From a virus (lineage: Duplodnaviria > Caudoviricetes), in the IMG/VR virus record IMGVR_UViG_3300044971_000875, positions 1-57,683 of that record: DNA of 57,683 nucleotides. One strand, written 5' to 3'. A program made the position numbers and the translations under genes. Positions 17,382 to 27,066 of this stretch are shown here, one piece after another (positions within the stretch are counted from its first letter, which is position 1; every line of letters starts with the position of its first letter). The notes beneath the pieces are model-generated. The model saw only the letters and a list, made by a program, of their open reading frames with translations. It was not told the origin of the DNA and made no database searches.

Positions 17382-17410
17382 ATTATACCTATCTACTAAC
17401 TTAAAGTCAA
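17382..17410 (-). promoter_or_regulatory. Promoter, leaderless
   Basis: TTGACT-17 nt-TATAAT; ATG 6 nt downstream. Confidence 0.85.
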
Positions 17411-17412
17411 AT

Positions 17413-18198
17413 CTAGTTTGTTGTTTTTTTAGGAAGTTGGTGATTAATAAATTTATTATTGTTTACGTCCATTCCACGATAATAAAGCCTATCTGGAAGA
17501 GATTTATTGTAATTTGACATCTCTCTACGCTCCGTATGTTTTTTGACTACATTTCTTTCTTCTTCTACAATATCTTTATCAAAAATATCGTATGCATTTT
17601 TTAATTCAAATGAATCACAAAAATTTCTAGGTATTGGAATTAAACCCATTAACGGAGTATTAGCAAATACACGAATAATAATATTTGGTAAATCCATTTT
17701 AAGATTCATTGTAAAAGTAAATCTTAAGTTGTCTGACTCAACGACACCCGTCATTGGGCTCATTCCAGGAATCGGATAGTTTGGTGGAGCAATAGTCATC
17801 AAGTTAATACCTGGTGGTGTTTTTAACGTTACTGGAAAATGAATCGTAAGGATGCCACTTCCAAATTCAGATTTTAAATTGACCTGGTTTTTATTTTTAT
17901 ACAAACTTGCGTCTGAATGTAAATCTATTTTAATGTCATTGGTAGAGTCTCCACCATTCCACAAAACATCAAATCCAAATGGAACACTAAAAACAAATCC
18001 TTGCATATTTCCTATTGATAATGGCAAGCAATGATAAAAGTGTGAGGAAAACCAATCTCTTTTATGATCTAGGTTTAATGGTTTTAAAAAAGAATTAAAA
18101 TCCATATCAAACTCTTCAACGCCATCATTTGGGATTAATGGAAAAATTGCTATGGTGTTATCTGGCACTACTAAATCTTTGTCTTGATTAATTATCAT
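17413..18198 (-). CDS. DUF6065-family protein
   Basis: RDWF...Y.CLPL.IGN..G, TPPG.NL...PPN, GVVE.D...FTF.MN. Confidence 0.7.
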   Translation of the reverse strand: MIINQDKDLVVPDNTIAIFPLIPNDGVEEFDMDFNSFLKPLNLDHKRDWFSSHFYHCLPLSIGNMQGFVFSVPFGFDVLWNGGDSTNDIKIDLHSDASLYKNKNQVNLKSEFGSGILTIHFPVTLKTPPGINLMTIAPPNYPIPGMSPMTGVVESDNLRFTFTMNLKMDLPNIIIRVFANTPLMGLIPIPRNFCDSFELKNAYDIFDKDIVEEERNVVKKHTERREMSNYNKSLPDRLYYRGMDVNNNKFINHQLPKKTTN

Positions 18199-18207
18199 TA
18201 AGATCTC

Positions 18208-18738
18208 TTAAATACTTACTACATCAATAGGCCCCATACAGGATGGGCTAAATTTAATAGCAGAATTTACTGCACCAACCACTCTTTTACGAGGATCTTT
18301 AGATTTTTCTGTAGCATTTAAAAATCCATAGGCATACTCTGCGCCAGATCCCATTGCTAAGTAATCTAAATTGTATTTAGACAAAGACATGTCAACTGCA
18401 TTGTGCTCATATATTTGTCCCTTAACACAAATAATTAAACCAAGGTCAGCCTCTTTGCCAGTGTCAACCCACCAGTCATTGTAAAAATTTTTAAGTTGCT
18501 TAATAAATTTAGTTTGCATAAATTTGTCTATGTCTTTAATGTCTGGTATGTATGGATTAAAATTATACCTAATACGTTCACCATCTAGTGCACCAGCATA
18601 TCCTATTAAGTATGGACCAAGTTTCCAAACTTTTGGTGCTGTTAAAGAAAGAATAGTATTATCATCTGAGGCACCACGATCACCAGCCATATAAACTTTA
18701 TTTGTTTCTAGATCACGTACAACTGCAAGCACTGTCAC
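18208..18738 (-). CDS. HslV/proteasome-beta-like Ntn peptidase
   Basis: N-terminal Thr, AGD, K, G.AG, AMGSG..YA.G. Confidence 0.8.
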   Translation of the reverse strand: MTVLAVVRDLETNKVYMAGDRGASDDNTILSLTAPKVWKLGPYLIGYAGALDGERIRYNFNPYIPDIKDIDKFMQTKFIKQLKNFYNDWWVDTGKEADLGLIICVKGQIYEHNAVDMSLSKYNLDYLAMGSGAEYAYGFLNATEKSKDPRKRVVGAVNSAIKFSPSCMGPIDVVSI

Positions 18739-18764
18739 AACATTCCCCCTCAGAATATATTTAA

Positions 18765-18793
18765 ATTATATCAAAAAGTTGTTAATTAGTCAA
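18765..18793 (-). promoter_or_regulatory. Promoter
   Basis: TTGACT-17 nt-TATAAT. Confidence 0.85.
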
Positions 18794-18799
18794 ATACTT

Positions 18800-19384
18800 T
18801 TATTTAACAGTTTGTCCACATGATGAACATGTTTTTGGTTTAGCAGTACCCTTTTTTGCAGGGGCTGCTGGAGTTGTTGATCCAGATGCACCGAATTTAG
18901 GTCTACCAAATCCTACTATAGATATCATAACATTTTTTGGATTTTTCTTATAAGCACGAAGTTTTTTACAAACCTCTCCACCATTACGTTGGCTACCTTT
19001 TGGATCTCCAGATGTATTACCTTCAACACACCAAACAGTTCCATCTCCATTGTCTTTAACAACAATTGCTACGTGAGAAATTCTATCAACACCATCTGAA
19101 GGGAAATCAAAGTATGCAATGTCTCCTGGTTCTGGATCTGCTACTTTTGCATCAGTCCAACTACCTGCTTTTTTAAATGCTGCTGCGCCACCTGGAGTAA
19201 ATACAGTATTTGGAATTTTTACTCCTGCTTCATTAGCACACCAATTTACGAAAGAGCCGCACCATGGCTGTAAGTCTGCTTTCATAAACTTACCATATTT
19301 GGTTTCGTTATCTTTGGGACCCTCTACGGTTCCAATTTCTGCTATAGCAACTTCAATAAGACGTTCTGCTGTACCTTGTGACAT
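18800..19384 (-). CDS. CHAP-domain endolysin
   Basis: PWCGSFV, PGDI..F, SHVAIV, EGNT. Confidence 0.9.
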   Translation of the reverse strand: MSQGTAERLIEVAIAEIGTVEGPKDNETKYGKFMKADLQPWCGSFVNWCANEAGVKIPNTVFTPGGAAAFKKAGSWTDAKVADPEPGDIAYFDFPSDGVDRISHVAIVVKDNGDGTVWCVEGNTSGDPKGSQRNGGEVCKKLRAYKKNPKNVMISIVGFGRPKFGASGSTTPAAPAKKGTAKPKTCSSCGQTVK

Positions 19385-19791
19385 TACTTATCCCAATCTG
19401 TATCAACAGGTTGTTCTTCTGGCATCGCTCCATCTGGCTTAGCAAGTCTTCTTGCTGCTGCCTCATCAATTTCTGCTTCTAATTTTTTATCTGCTAAAGT
19501 ATTTTTTGCATCTACTTCTTTGTTTGCAATTTGTGCAGCCATAACATCTTTGGCCCCAGATGAACCAATAAGTAGACCAGCAAGTGTGCCTGTAATAAAT
19601 GTTGCAACGCTTCCAAGAACGTTAAAAAACATTTTATCGTTTTCTGATTGTCCTGTAACTGGCTGTGTAACAAAAATTAGCGCATACATAATTCCTGTTG
19701 CAGTTATAAATAAAATTGAACCTAGTGTAATTCCTAGAATAAATTTTAATCTTGCATCTAAATCTTGTGGGGACAATCTTTCTTTAGCCAT
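19384..19791 (-). CDS. Two-TM membrane protein, holin-like
   Basis: Two TMs; coupled to endolysin. Confidence 0.6.
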   Translation of the reverse strand: MAKERLSPQDLDARLKFILGITLGSILFITATGIMYALIFVTQPVTGQSENDKMFFNVLGSVATFITGTLAGLLIGSSGAKDVMAAQIANKEVDAKNTLADKKLEAEIDEAAARRLAKPDGAMPEEQPVDTDWDK

Positions 19792-19981
19792 TTTCGTTTT
19801 CCTCCATGCTTGCTAAATCTTCTGGACATGCTCCGTTAGCCGTACAAATTGGTGGTTTGCATTCTGCACTTTCCCAGTTTGATGGATCCTGACATGGATA
19901 GCGATAGTGACCATCGTATCCGCAGGATGTTAGTCCTAATACTAGTATACCGTATAAGAAAAATGTTAGTGGTTTTTTCAT
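19784..19981 (-). CDS. Cys-rich lipoprotein
   Basis: Lipobox LTSC; RYPCQDP.NW...C.PP.C...G.C. Confidence 0.75.
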   Translation of the reverse strand: MKKPLTFFLYGILVLGLTSCGYDGHYRYPCQDPSNWESAECKPPICTANGACPEDLASMEENENG

Positions 19982-20001
19982 AATTTGATTATACCCTCAT
20001 T

Positions 20002-20187
20002 TTATTCTTCATCATTTTTATGTCTAATTGGACTAGTTAATATCCAAAGAGCCGTAGTTGCAATGATACCGTATCCAACTACTGTTTTTGCGCTACCGTC
20101 TAAAACAACCCAGGCTATGTACATACCTAGTAGTGTCCATGCTTGATCAATTAAATCAGTAATCACATTTTTTATTATTTTTACCAT
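20002..20187 (-). CDS. Small two-TM membrane protein
   Basis: DQ.WTLLGM.IAW.VLDGSAK. Confidence 0.7.
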   Translation of the reverse strand: MVKIIKNVITDLIDQAWTLLGMYIAWVVLDGSAKTVVGYGIIATTALWILTSPIRHKNDEE

Positions 20188-22706
20188 TTTCCGCTCCTTC
20201 TTGATGCGCCTGAATTTGCTCCACTTGATGAACTTCCAGAAGAACCTCCTGAAGGTGCTCCACTACCTGCTGCCACCGCTGCTGCGTTAATTGCTGCACC
20301 TGTTGCTACTACTGTTGCTACAACCATATCCGTTGCTTCTTCTCTTTCTTCCTCAGTCATATCTGCACCAACACTTCCAAGTGCTGCTAGGGCTGCTCCT
20401 GGATCTGTAAAAGCGGCTGCAAGCAAAGCCCCTGGATCTGTAACTAATTCAACACTTGCAGCAACCTCTGCAGTAATGACAAGGGCATTTCCATTCTCAT
20501 CTGTGCGAAGTTCTACTGGAGTCGTTGGTGGTAGGTCTGCAAATGAAACACCAGATGCTTTTACTTCTGCTGCTGAGATTGATTCGCCAGGCTTAAGATC
20601 TTCTAGCAGTGCCTCAACAAGAACTTCTTTTTGTTCTTCAGTTAATTCTTTTCCGTCTTTTGCTTCTTCAAGTATTTCTTTTAATTCTTCTTCTTTTTCT
20701 TGTGCTTCTTCTTCTTCAGCCTTTGCTTCTTCTAATTCTTTTTCTTTTGCTTCAGCCTCTGCCTTAGCATCCTCTTCTGCTTGTCTGGCAGCCTCAGCCT
20801 CTGCTTCTTCTGCTGCTCTAGCCTCTTCTTCAGCCTGGGCTGCTGCTTCTTCTGCAGCAATTCTATCTTGTTCTGCTTGTTGTGCTTCAGCCTCTGCCTG
20901 CGCTGCAGCCTCTTCTGCTGCTACTCTATCAGCCTCTGCTTTTTCTGCTGCTGCTTGGGCTGCTTGTGCTGCTGCTTCTGCAGCAATTCTAGACTGCTCT
21001 GCTTCATACGCCTGCTGTGCTGCGACTCTTGCATTCTCTGCTGCTATTGCAGCAAGTCTTGCTTGCTCTGCTGCTTGTCTTTCTGCTTCCTCGTTGGCAA
21101 GTGTTTGACTAACTGTATTATTAGCATATGCAACTTTGTTGTTCATAATGCTTACAGCGGTTCCAACCTGAAGTATTAAAGAGTCTAGTTCATCCTGAGC
21201 ATCCTGTAAATTTTCTTCTGCCTCAATTAAATCTTCCTCTGCACTAGTCAAGTCGCCCTCAAGAATATCTAGTGCCCCTTGTGCAATGTTAAGATTATTT
21301 CTTGCAGTTGCAAGTGCTTGAAGTTGTTGTGGACTTGCATTTGTTGTACTAAATTCTGATGCAGGAATTACTTCCCATCCAGATCCTGTGTATCTTAGTA
21401 ATGACACATTGGCTCCTCCACCATTTTCGTAATACCACATTTGGAATTGCTTTGCTACTCCAGCGGTAGTCATAACATCAGCGGTAGATCCTCCACCACC
21501 CTTATCAAACCAGTCATCAATAACTAATTCATTATCAAGATAGAGGCGAACTCCATCATCTGCTGGTGCAGTTATGTACTGTGTTCCTGTTGTTTGTGGT
21601 GTCCAAATACCTTCCCACTTAACCTGGAAATCTTCTGCCACTGTTGTTGTTGAAGTAACCTGGCTCGTAGCAGACACATTGTCTACTCCATAATAATCCC
21701 AGTTGGCAGGAATATTTATTGTTGCAATAGTTTTTCCTGTTGGTGCAGTAATTGTTTCTTGATGAACATAGTTTGGGTATTCCTGACTAACATTATGCTG
21801 AATACTAAAAGTACTTGTAGTTCCGTCAGTATATGTAACTACGGCATTATGATCACCATTTTTAGCAAAAACCTGGAAACTTGCAGAGGTTGTGTTTGCT
21901 GGCATAGTTATAAGAGTATCTGCAGTTGAACCTATAAGTGTTAGAGAAGGATCTTGTCCAGGACCAGGGAATCCGATTGATCCTATATATACATTATTAT
22001 TATTTTCAGTAGAAACAGGGGTTCCATTTACTGTGATTCCAATAGATGTATTTAAACGATTACCAGCAAATGTTTCAGTTACTGTTGTTGTGGTAGTTGC
22101 ACCATTTACTGTTGGTCCTGAACTACCATACTGCTCATCAATTCCATCTGTATCTGTACCAGTATAGACAACATTTCCACCCATGGCTGGCATGTTGTTT
22201 GTTCCAGGATTATGATATATTGTTACATTTAATCCAGGAGTTGTGTTAGCCTCAACCACTGCTGTTGCTGATTCTAAAACCAATGTCTTGTCTTCTACTA
22301 CTGCTGTTTGAGACTCTACCGCTATTTCTGCAATAGCAACATTTTCTTCAGCCTCAGCAACTAAAACGGTAGCAGAATCAACCTGAGCCACAGCCACAGT
22401 AGCACTATCTACTACTGTTTGAGCCTGTAATATTGAGTCCTGTGCCTGTGTGATAGTGGCTGTAATGGTCTCTGTAGGGCTTGTAATGGCTGTTGCTTGG
22501 ATTTCTATGACTGCCGTGGCAGTTTCAGCCTGAGCAATAGCAGCAGTTGCTGACTCTATAGTTTGGGCTACCACGGTGGCAGTATCTAGTATGGGTTGGT
22601 TAGTTGTCTCTAGTTGTACAGTCTCTTCAGCATGTGCTTTTTCTGTTGGGGACAGCAAGGTCCACATAAACAATAATAATGCTATTAAACTTAACCTAAT
22701 AAACAA
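20181..22706 (-). CDS. Large secreted PA14-domain protein with coiled-coil stalk
   Basis: Signal peptide AHA; F.V.W.G, ADDGVRLYLD..LVIDDW, YYENGGGA; Ala/Glu-rich repeats; hydrophobic C-terminal stretch. Confidence 0.8.
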   Translation of the reverse strand: MFIRLSLIALLLFMWTLLSPTEKAHAEETVQLETTNQPILDTATVVAQTIESATAAIAQAETATAVIEIQATAITSPTETITATITQAQDSILQAQTVVDSATVAVAQVDSATVLVAEAEENVAIAEIAVESQTAVVEDKTLVLESATAVVEANTTPGLNVTIYHNPGTNNMPAMGGNVVYTGTDTDGIDEQYGSSGPTVNGATTTTTVTETFAGNRLNTSIGITVNGTPVSTENNNNVYIGSIGFPGPGQDPSLTLIGSTADTLITMPANTTSASFQVFAKNGDHNAVVTYTDGTTSTFSIQHNVSQEYPNYVHQETITAPTGKTIATINIPANWDYYGVDNVSATSQVTSTTTVAEDFQVKWEGIWTPQTTGTQYITAPADDGVRLYLDNELVIDDWFDKGGGGSTADVMTTAGVAKQFQMWYYENGGGANVSLLRYTGSGWEVIPASEFSTTNASPQQLQALATARNNLNIAQGALDILEGDLTSAEEDLIEAEENLQDAQDELDSLILQVGTAVSIMNNKVAYANNTVSQTLANEEAERQAAEQARLAAIAAENARVAAQQAYEAEQSRIAAEAAAQAAQAAAEKAEADRVAAEEAAAQAEAEAQQAEQDRIAAEEAAAQAEEEARAAEEAEAEAARQAEEDAKAEAEAKEKELEEAKAEEEEAQEKEEELKEILEEAKDGKELTEEQKEVLVEALLEDLKPGESISAAEVKASGVSFADLPPTTPVELRTDENGNALVITAEVAASVELVTDPGALLAAAFTDPGAALAALGSVGADMTEEEREEATDMVVATVVATGAAINAAAVAAGSGAPSGGSSGSSSSGANSGASRRSGKW
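20700..21090 (-). repeat. Coding Ala/Glu repeats (AE.DR.AAEEAAAQAE)
   Basis: Imperfect repeated units in the coiled-coil. Confidence 0.7.
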
Positions 22707-22774
22707 CTTTTTAATTTGGGGTCCTTTACGTTAGCCCCCATATCTAACAATACTATTATATCATTTTATGCAAT

Positions 22775-22811
22775 AAAAAAGAGGGTAGAAATTAATCTAC
22801 CCTCAATTTTT
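22775..22811 (-). terminator. Rho-independent terminator (possibly bidirectional)
   Basis: aaaaaa-gagggtaga-aattaa-tctaccctc-aattttt. Confidence 0.85.
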
Positions 22812-22821
22812 ATAAGGAGTT

Positions 22822-24423
22822 TTAAGCCTTTACCTTCTTCTGAATCTTTAGAACCAAGTTTGTTAATGTAACAATCAAGGTGCGTAGAGATGCAATTGTT
22901 GCTGTTAAAGCAGCAATTTGTGTAAGTGCAACTGTAGCAGGACTTACCACTGTTGCTGATGCAGATACTTCTACCTGTCCAGCAGTTGGTAGTAATGATC
23001 CACCCTTTGCAGTAACTTTAATATCACCCTCTACTGCTGGCATAAATACTTTGTAAATCTTTACACCGTTAGCGTCTGTTGTTACAGATGTTGCAGTTAA
23101 AGTATCGCTACCTGAACCAAATGCATAATTTGTTGAAATTCCACCATCTGTTAATACGTTTGTATTAGTTTTTCCAGATAAAGCCAATCCGCTTGCATCA
23201 AGAACTGACAATGTGATTGTTGCAGCCTCACCTGGTGCATATGTTGTCTTATCAAAAGCAACCTTTACAGATGATGCAGTTCCTTCTACACGAACAGTTA
23301 CTGTATCAGCAACAATTGTTCCACTTTTTACAACAATTCCAGCCTTACCAGTTGCAACACCAGTAAGTGAGAACAGTGCTTCACCATTTACGATGGAAGC
23401 AGTTGTTGCAGAGTTGCTAACTATAGATAACGCATCTGATGTTGCTGAAAGTGTTCCAGCACCAACCTTTACACCACTTGAATCATAGGCAATTGCAGAA
23501 ATAGCATCAGCATTTGATCCTGTAGAAATTACAGGCTTCTTAACTGTAGTTACTACCTTGGCAATATCACCATAAAATGTTATTGATTCTGTTCCAAGCA
23601 CCACACCAGATTGTGTTGTAATTGTAACTGTTCCTACTCCAGATGTACCATCAGCAAATACACCAATGTAGTTGCCAGCAGCGACTGAAATAGAACGTCC
23701 TAGTGCTGAAATTGTTGCGTGGTTTGAACCAGTTCCAATAAGACCAGAACCTGAAACTGTTGCTATCAAAGATTCTGAAACAGATGTTCCAGCAGCATTC
23801 TTTTGTGTTACTACGATTACCGCAGCAGCATCAGAAGATACAGTCTTTGGGGCAAAAACAGTTGCGTCAGCAGTTGCTGTGATTGTTTCTCCAGAGTTAA
23901 TAATAGATGTTGAATTTGATGCAGATGCTTTTACATCTGCTGCACTAACTACAACTGACCACAGAACAGCAGAAGAATTTAATGTTCCTCCACCACCCTT
24001 TACAGATGGAGTTAATTTAATAACATAAGTTCCAGCAACCGTTGGGTTTACTAGGCTTACATTTAACTTTGTGGATACTGAGGTAAGAGCATTTACGGAT
24101 GAGGAAACATCAGCCGAATATAAATCTGCTGCTACAACAACTACAGCGCTAGTTGTTTCTTTTACAGACAAAGTTGCTAATTTAGCAGCCCCTGTTGGAA
24201 GACTTACAACTGATGAAGTTACCGTGAGAGTATCTCCAGTATTACCTGCCAAAAAAGACAATGTTGCTACTGCCGTTGCAGTCTCACCTGTTGAAATAGT
24301 GCTTGACACTGTATCAATAGTAAGAGAGTCTGCATTATGCACAGCATTTGCCTGAGTTGCAGTTAAGGTGCTAATAGACAAGGCTGCAGCCATGACTAAA
24401 GCGATTTTCTTAAATGAATTCAT
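22822..24423 (-). CDS. Secreted Ala/Thr/Val/Ser-rich Ig-like (S-layer-like) surface protein
   Basis: Signal MNSFKKIALVMAAA...QANA; beta-rich; FDKTTYAPGE.ATIT; C-terminal amphipathic helix ending KIQKKVKA. Confidence 0.7.
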   Translation of the reverse strand: MNSFKKIALVMAAALSISTLTATQANAVHNADSLTIDTVSSTISTGETATAVATLSFLAGNTGDTLTVTSSVVSLPTGAAKLATLSVKETTSAVVVVAADLYSADVSSSVNALTSVSTKLNVSLVNPTVAGTYVIKLTPSVKGGGGTLNSSAVLWSVVVSAADVKASASNSTSIINSGETITATADATVFAPKTVSSDAAAVIVVTQKNAAGTSVSESLIATVSGSGLIGTGSNHATISALGRSISVAAGNYIGVFADGTSGVGTVTITTQSGVVLGTESITFYGDIAKVVTTVKKPVISTGSNADAISAIAYDSSGVKVGAGTLSATSDALSIVSNSATTASIVNGEALFSLTGVATGKAGIVVKSGTIVADTVTVRVEGTASSVKVAFDKTTYAPGEAATITLSVLDASGLALSGKTNTNVLTDGGISTNYAFGSGSDTLTATSVTTDANGVKIYKVFMPAVEGDIKVTAKGGSLLPTAGQVEVSASATVVSPATVALTQIAALTATIASLRTLIVTLTNLVLKIQKKVKA

Positions 24424-24439
24424 TTTTCTCCTTATTAGT

Positions 24440-26224
24440 TTATATTAAGTTTAATTTATCCAGGAAATCCTTAACATCGTTAGGCATTTCCCGATTATCT
24501 AATTCTACCATAAGTTGTTGTTTTTCTGCAAGTCTTGTTGCAGAACTCCAAGTGTGGACATCTATCTCTGTATTATTAGTCCTTGCTGTATGAGAAATTG
24601 CTCCAAATACCGCTCCACAAACCGCATCAGCCAAGTCTTTAGATTTTTTACGTGGATGGTCAACTCTGTTACCTTTCATTATTCTCAATTCTGACATTTC
24701 TTCTAACAGAATTGGGATCATAGGAATAGCAACACGTTCTTCGTAAATCATCATCGCTAAATCTTCATAGTGTTTTTTAGCAACTGATACAGTTTCTGTT
24801 TTAATTCCAACAGCCTGTAATTCATTTTGGATATCAAAAGATTGCCACCTATCAAAAGAAACCATTCCAATATTAAAACCTTCTCTGCGTAAGTTAATAA
24901 TCCACTGTTTTACTTCTGATAAATTTACTGGTCCTTCTGCTCTTGGCTCCCACCAGGCCACAGCATCAACAACAACAATGGGGGCTACCTGTTCATAATC
25001 TTTAATAACCTGAATATTAACCCATTTATCTACGTGAGCAATTGCTACTGCACACTTATCGTGTTTTTGTGCAAGGTCAGCATGGATGTAATAAATTTTT
25101 TCTGGATCTGCTTTAAAAGTTTCATCAAACCTTCTAAAAGAGTCTAGTGGATTTCTTGTGTTCATGCATTTTTCTAATTTTTCTTTTTGTTTAAAGAATG
25201 CATCTGAGGCAAAGGTTGGTACGCAGGCAAAACGCATCATTGCATCACCCAAATCTGTATAAAATGCTAATTTAAAATCATCTATTTTGCGAGTAGGATT
25301 TACTTCCCATGTAGGTCTTTTTAATGCTAATATTTTTGGTACCTTGTAAGAAATAATAGAATCTTCTTCCCAGATAATCTCAAATTGATTGCTAACGTCA
25401 TCATGCGGTAAGTCTTCGTTCATAATAAATGTATGTTTTTTTTCAATTATTTCTTTTTCCATAATAACATCTTCATACCTTTTTGAAATAAAGTCACCTT
25501 GATAACGAGGGAATGAAAGTAATACTACTTTGCCTAAATCTGGAAAGCGAGAATCAACTGAGCCACGAAACGCTTTGTAAATATTTTCTGCTGTCTTGCC
25601 TTGCTCATTGCCAGTTCCAACTTCAGATGCAAAACCAGAAATTTCATCAAGCACTGCAAGTAATAAGTTTAATCCCTCATGCGATTCTCTTTCTGAGTGT
25701 CCAGAGTAAACTGTAATTGATTTATCAAACTCTATTGAGTCTGCTTTAGCATTATACTTACCAGCAAACCATGGTGATCTTTCAATCTTACTTTTAAAAC
25801 CTTTAAAGAAAACATTTTTTGCTTGCTGTGCATTTATTGCAACGTTAATTAAATCTATTGCATCTCCGCTTGGCTTTCCAAAATATCTAGCGGGATCCTT
25901 AAGACACAACAACTTATATACAATATAGGCACAGGCAACCGTAGAGGTAAAGTCTTTACCAGAGCCTTTTCCTAGTTGTAAAATAATTTCATTTTTAGTA
26001 TATTTGTCATAATATCTTGCGCCTTCTACTGGGCCATACAATTCTTGCAAGTCTTCTTTTTTATATATTTGACTCATTGCTTCTACAATGTCATATTGAA
26101 TTGATGATAGCGGTGGCTGCCCCAAATAATCAGAAGACTCAACAAATGTCTTTGCATCTACTGGCTGTTCTTCAAATTGTTTTTCTTTTAGTACCTCAAA
26201 AAAATCATTGAACATCTTGGACAA
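24440..26224 (-). CDS. terL: Terminase large subunit
   Basis: GKGSGKD Walker A, VLDE Walker B, RNase H-like DLA...FDRW...KD.ADA. Confidence 0.92.
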   Translation of the reverse strand: MSKMFNDFFEVLKEKQFEEQPVDAKTFVESSDYLGQPPLSSIQYDIVEAMSQIYKKEDLQELYGPVEGARYYDKYTKNEIILQLGKGSGKDFTSTVACAYIVYKLLCLKDPARYFGKPSGDAIDLINVAINAQQAKNVFFKGFKSKIERSPWFAGKYNAKADSIEFDKSITVYSGHSERESHEGLNLLLAVLDEISGFASEVGTGNEQGKTAENIYKAFRGSVDSRFPDLGKVVLLSFPRYQGDFISKRYEDVIMEKEIIEKKHTFIMNEDLPHDDVSNQFEIIWEEDSIISYKVPKILALKRPTWEVNPTRKIDDFKLAFYTDLGDAMMRFACVPTFASDAFFKQKEKLEKCMNTRNPLDSFRRFDETFKADPEKIYYIHADLAQKHDKCAVAIAHVDKWVNIQVIKDYEQVAPIVVVDAVAWWEPRAEGPVNLSEVKQWIINLRREGFNIGMVSFDRWQSFDIQNELQAVGIKTETVSVAKKHYEDLAMMIYEERVAIPMIPILLEEMSELRIMKGNRVDHPRKKSKDLADAVCGAVFGAISHTARTNNTEIDVHTWSSATRLAEKQQLMVELDNREMPNDVKDFLDKLNLI

Positions 26225-26741
26225 TGGTAATCACTTCTCCCTCTTTAGCAATTTCAGAAAGACGGTGCATAATTAAATCACGAACCTCTGGATGCTCAGA
26301 AGCAACGTCTCTAAGAATTCCAATGAGAACTTCTTGTTTACGTTCAATCTGCACCATTTCTTCTGCTAGTTCCTTGTTTTCAAGAAGTCCAGCCTTTTGT
26401 AACATTTCAATTCTAGATTTTTCTATATCCATAACTAATTTAATTGCTTGAGTTTTTGCACTAAGATTATTTGTCATTGATGCTTCATCAATAACCTCAT
26501 AAGATTTTGTAATTAATTTGCTATAGTGTGCATCTGCTCCAGCAAGGGCTTCTTTTGCACGAGCACGTATAGCGTCATTGGCAGATGCCATAACTTTCCA
26601 TTCATTAATTAATGCAACAACACGAGTTCTTGGCATATCCAAATCTTTAGAAATTTTTGTAGGATCTTGGCCTTTAAGATATTCTGCAACAACTTTGTTT
26701 ACTTCATCAAGATGTTGAATTAATTCTATTTCAGTTGACAT
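26205..26741 (-). CDS. Terminase small subunit / HTH protein
   Basis: N-terminal HTH, helical body, directly upstream of terL. Confidence 0.6.
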   Translation of the reverse strand: MSTEIELIQHLDEVNKVVAEYLKGQDPTKISKDLDMPRTRVVALINEWKVMASANDAIRARAKEALAGADAHYSKLITKSYEVIDEASMTNNLSAKTQAIKLVMDIEKSRIEMLQKAGLLENKELAEEMVQIERKQEVLIGILRDVASEHPEVRDLIMHRLSEIAKEGEVITIVQDVQ

Positions 26742-27066
26742 TTTTTTCCTTTGCTATTTTAAGCAATACTAAGTATCCAATAAGATCATCTATATCGTTG
26801 TCTCCAATATAGTCCGTGCCTTTCATAAGTCTGCTTAATTTATCATCAATTCTTACTCTAAGTTGTTCTACTGGATCTGCCTTGCTAAAAATTCTAACAG
26901 GATCTAAAGCAGAATCTCCATATGCAATATTTTTATCAATAAGCATCTGTGCAATTCCATGACATGTTGACCAAATCTCTTTTCCAGAAGGTGCGCTAAT
27001 AGAATAAAGATATAAATCCTCACAACTAAAACTTTTTACATCCTTATAAACTGGATTTAGTTTCAT
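26731..27066 (-). CDS. Nucleotide-modification-associated domain 1 (DUF1599-like) protein
   Basis: KN.AYGDS, RIDDKLSR, DLIGYL. Confidence 0.75.
   Translation of the reverse strand: MKLNPVYKDVKSFSCEDLYLYSISAPSGKEIWSTCHGIAQMLIDKNIAYGDSALDPVRIFSKADPVEQLRVRIDDKLSRLMKGTDYIGDNDIDDLIGYLVLLKIAKEKNVN

Noticed and set aside
20476-21179. Plus-strand 210-aa and 132-aa Ser/Ala/Cys-rich ORFs
   Set aside because: Antisense shadows of the Ala/Glu repeat region of the PA14 protein
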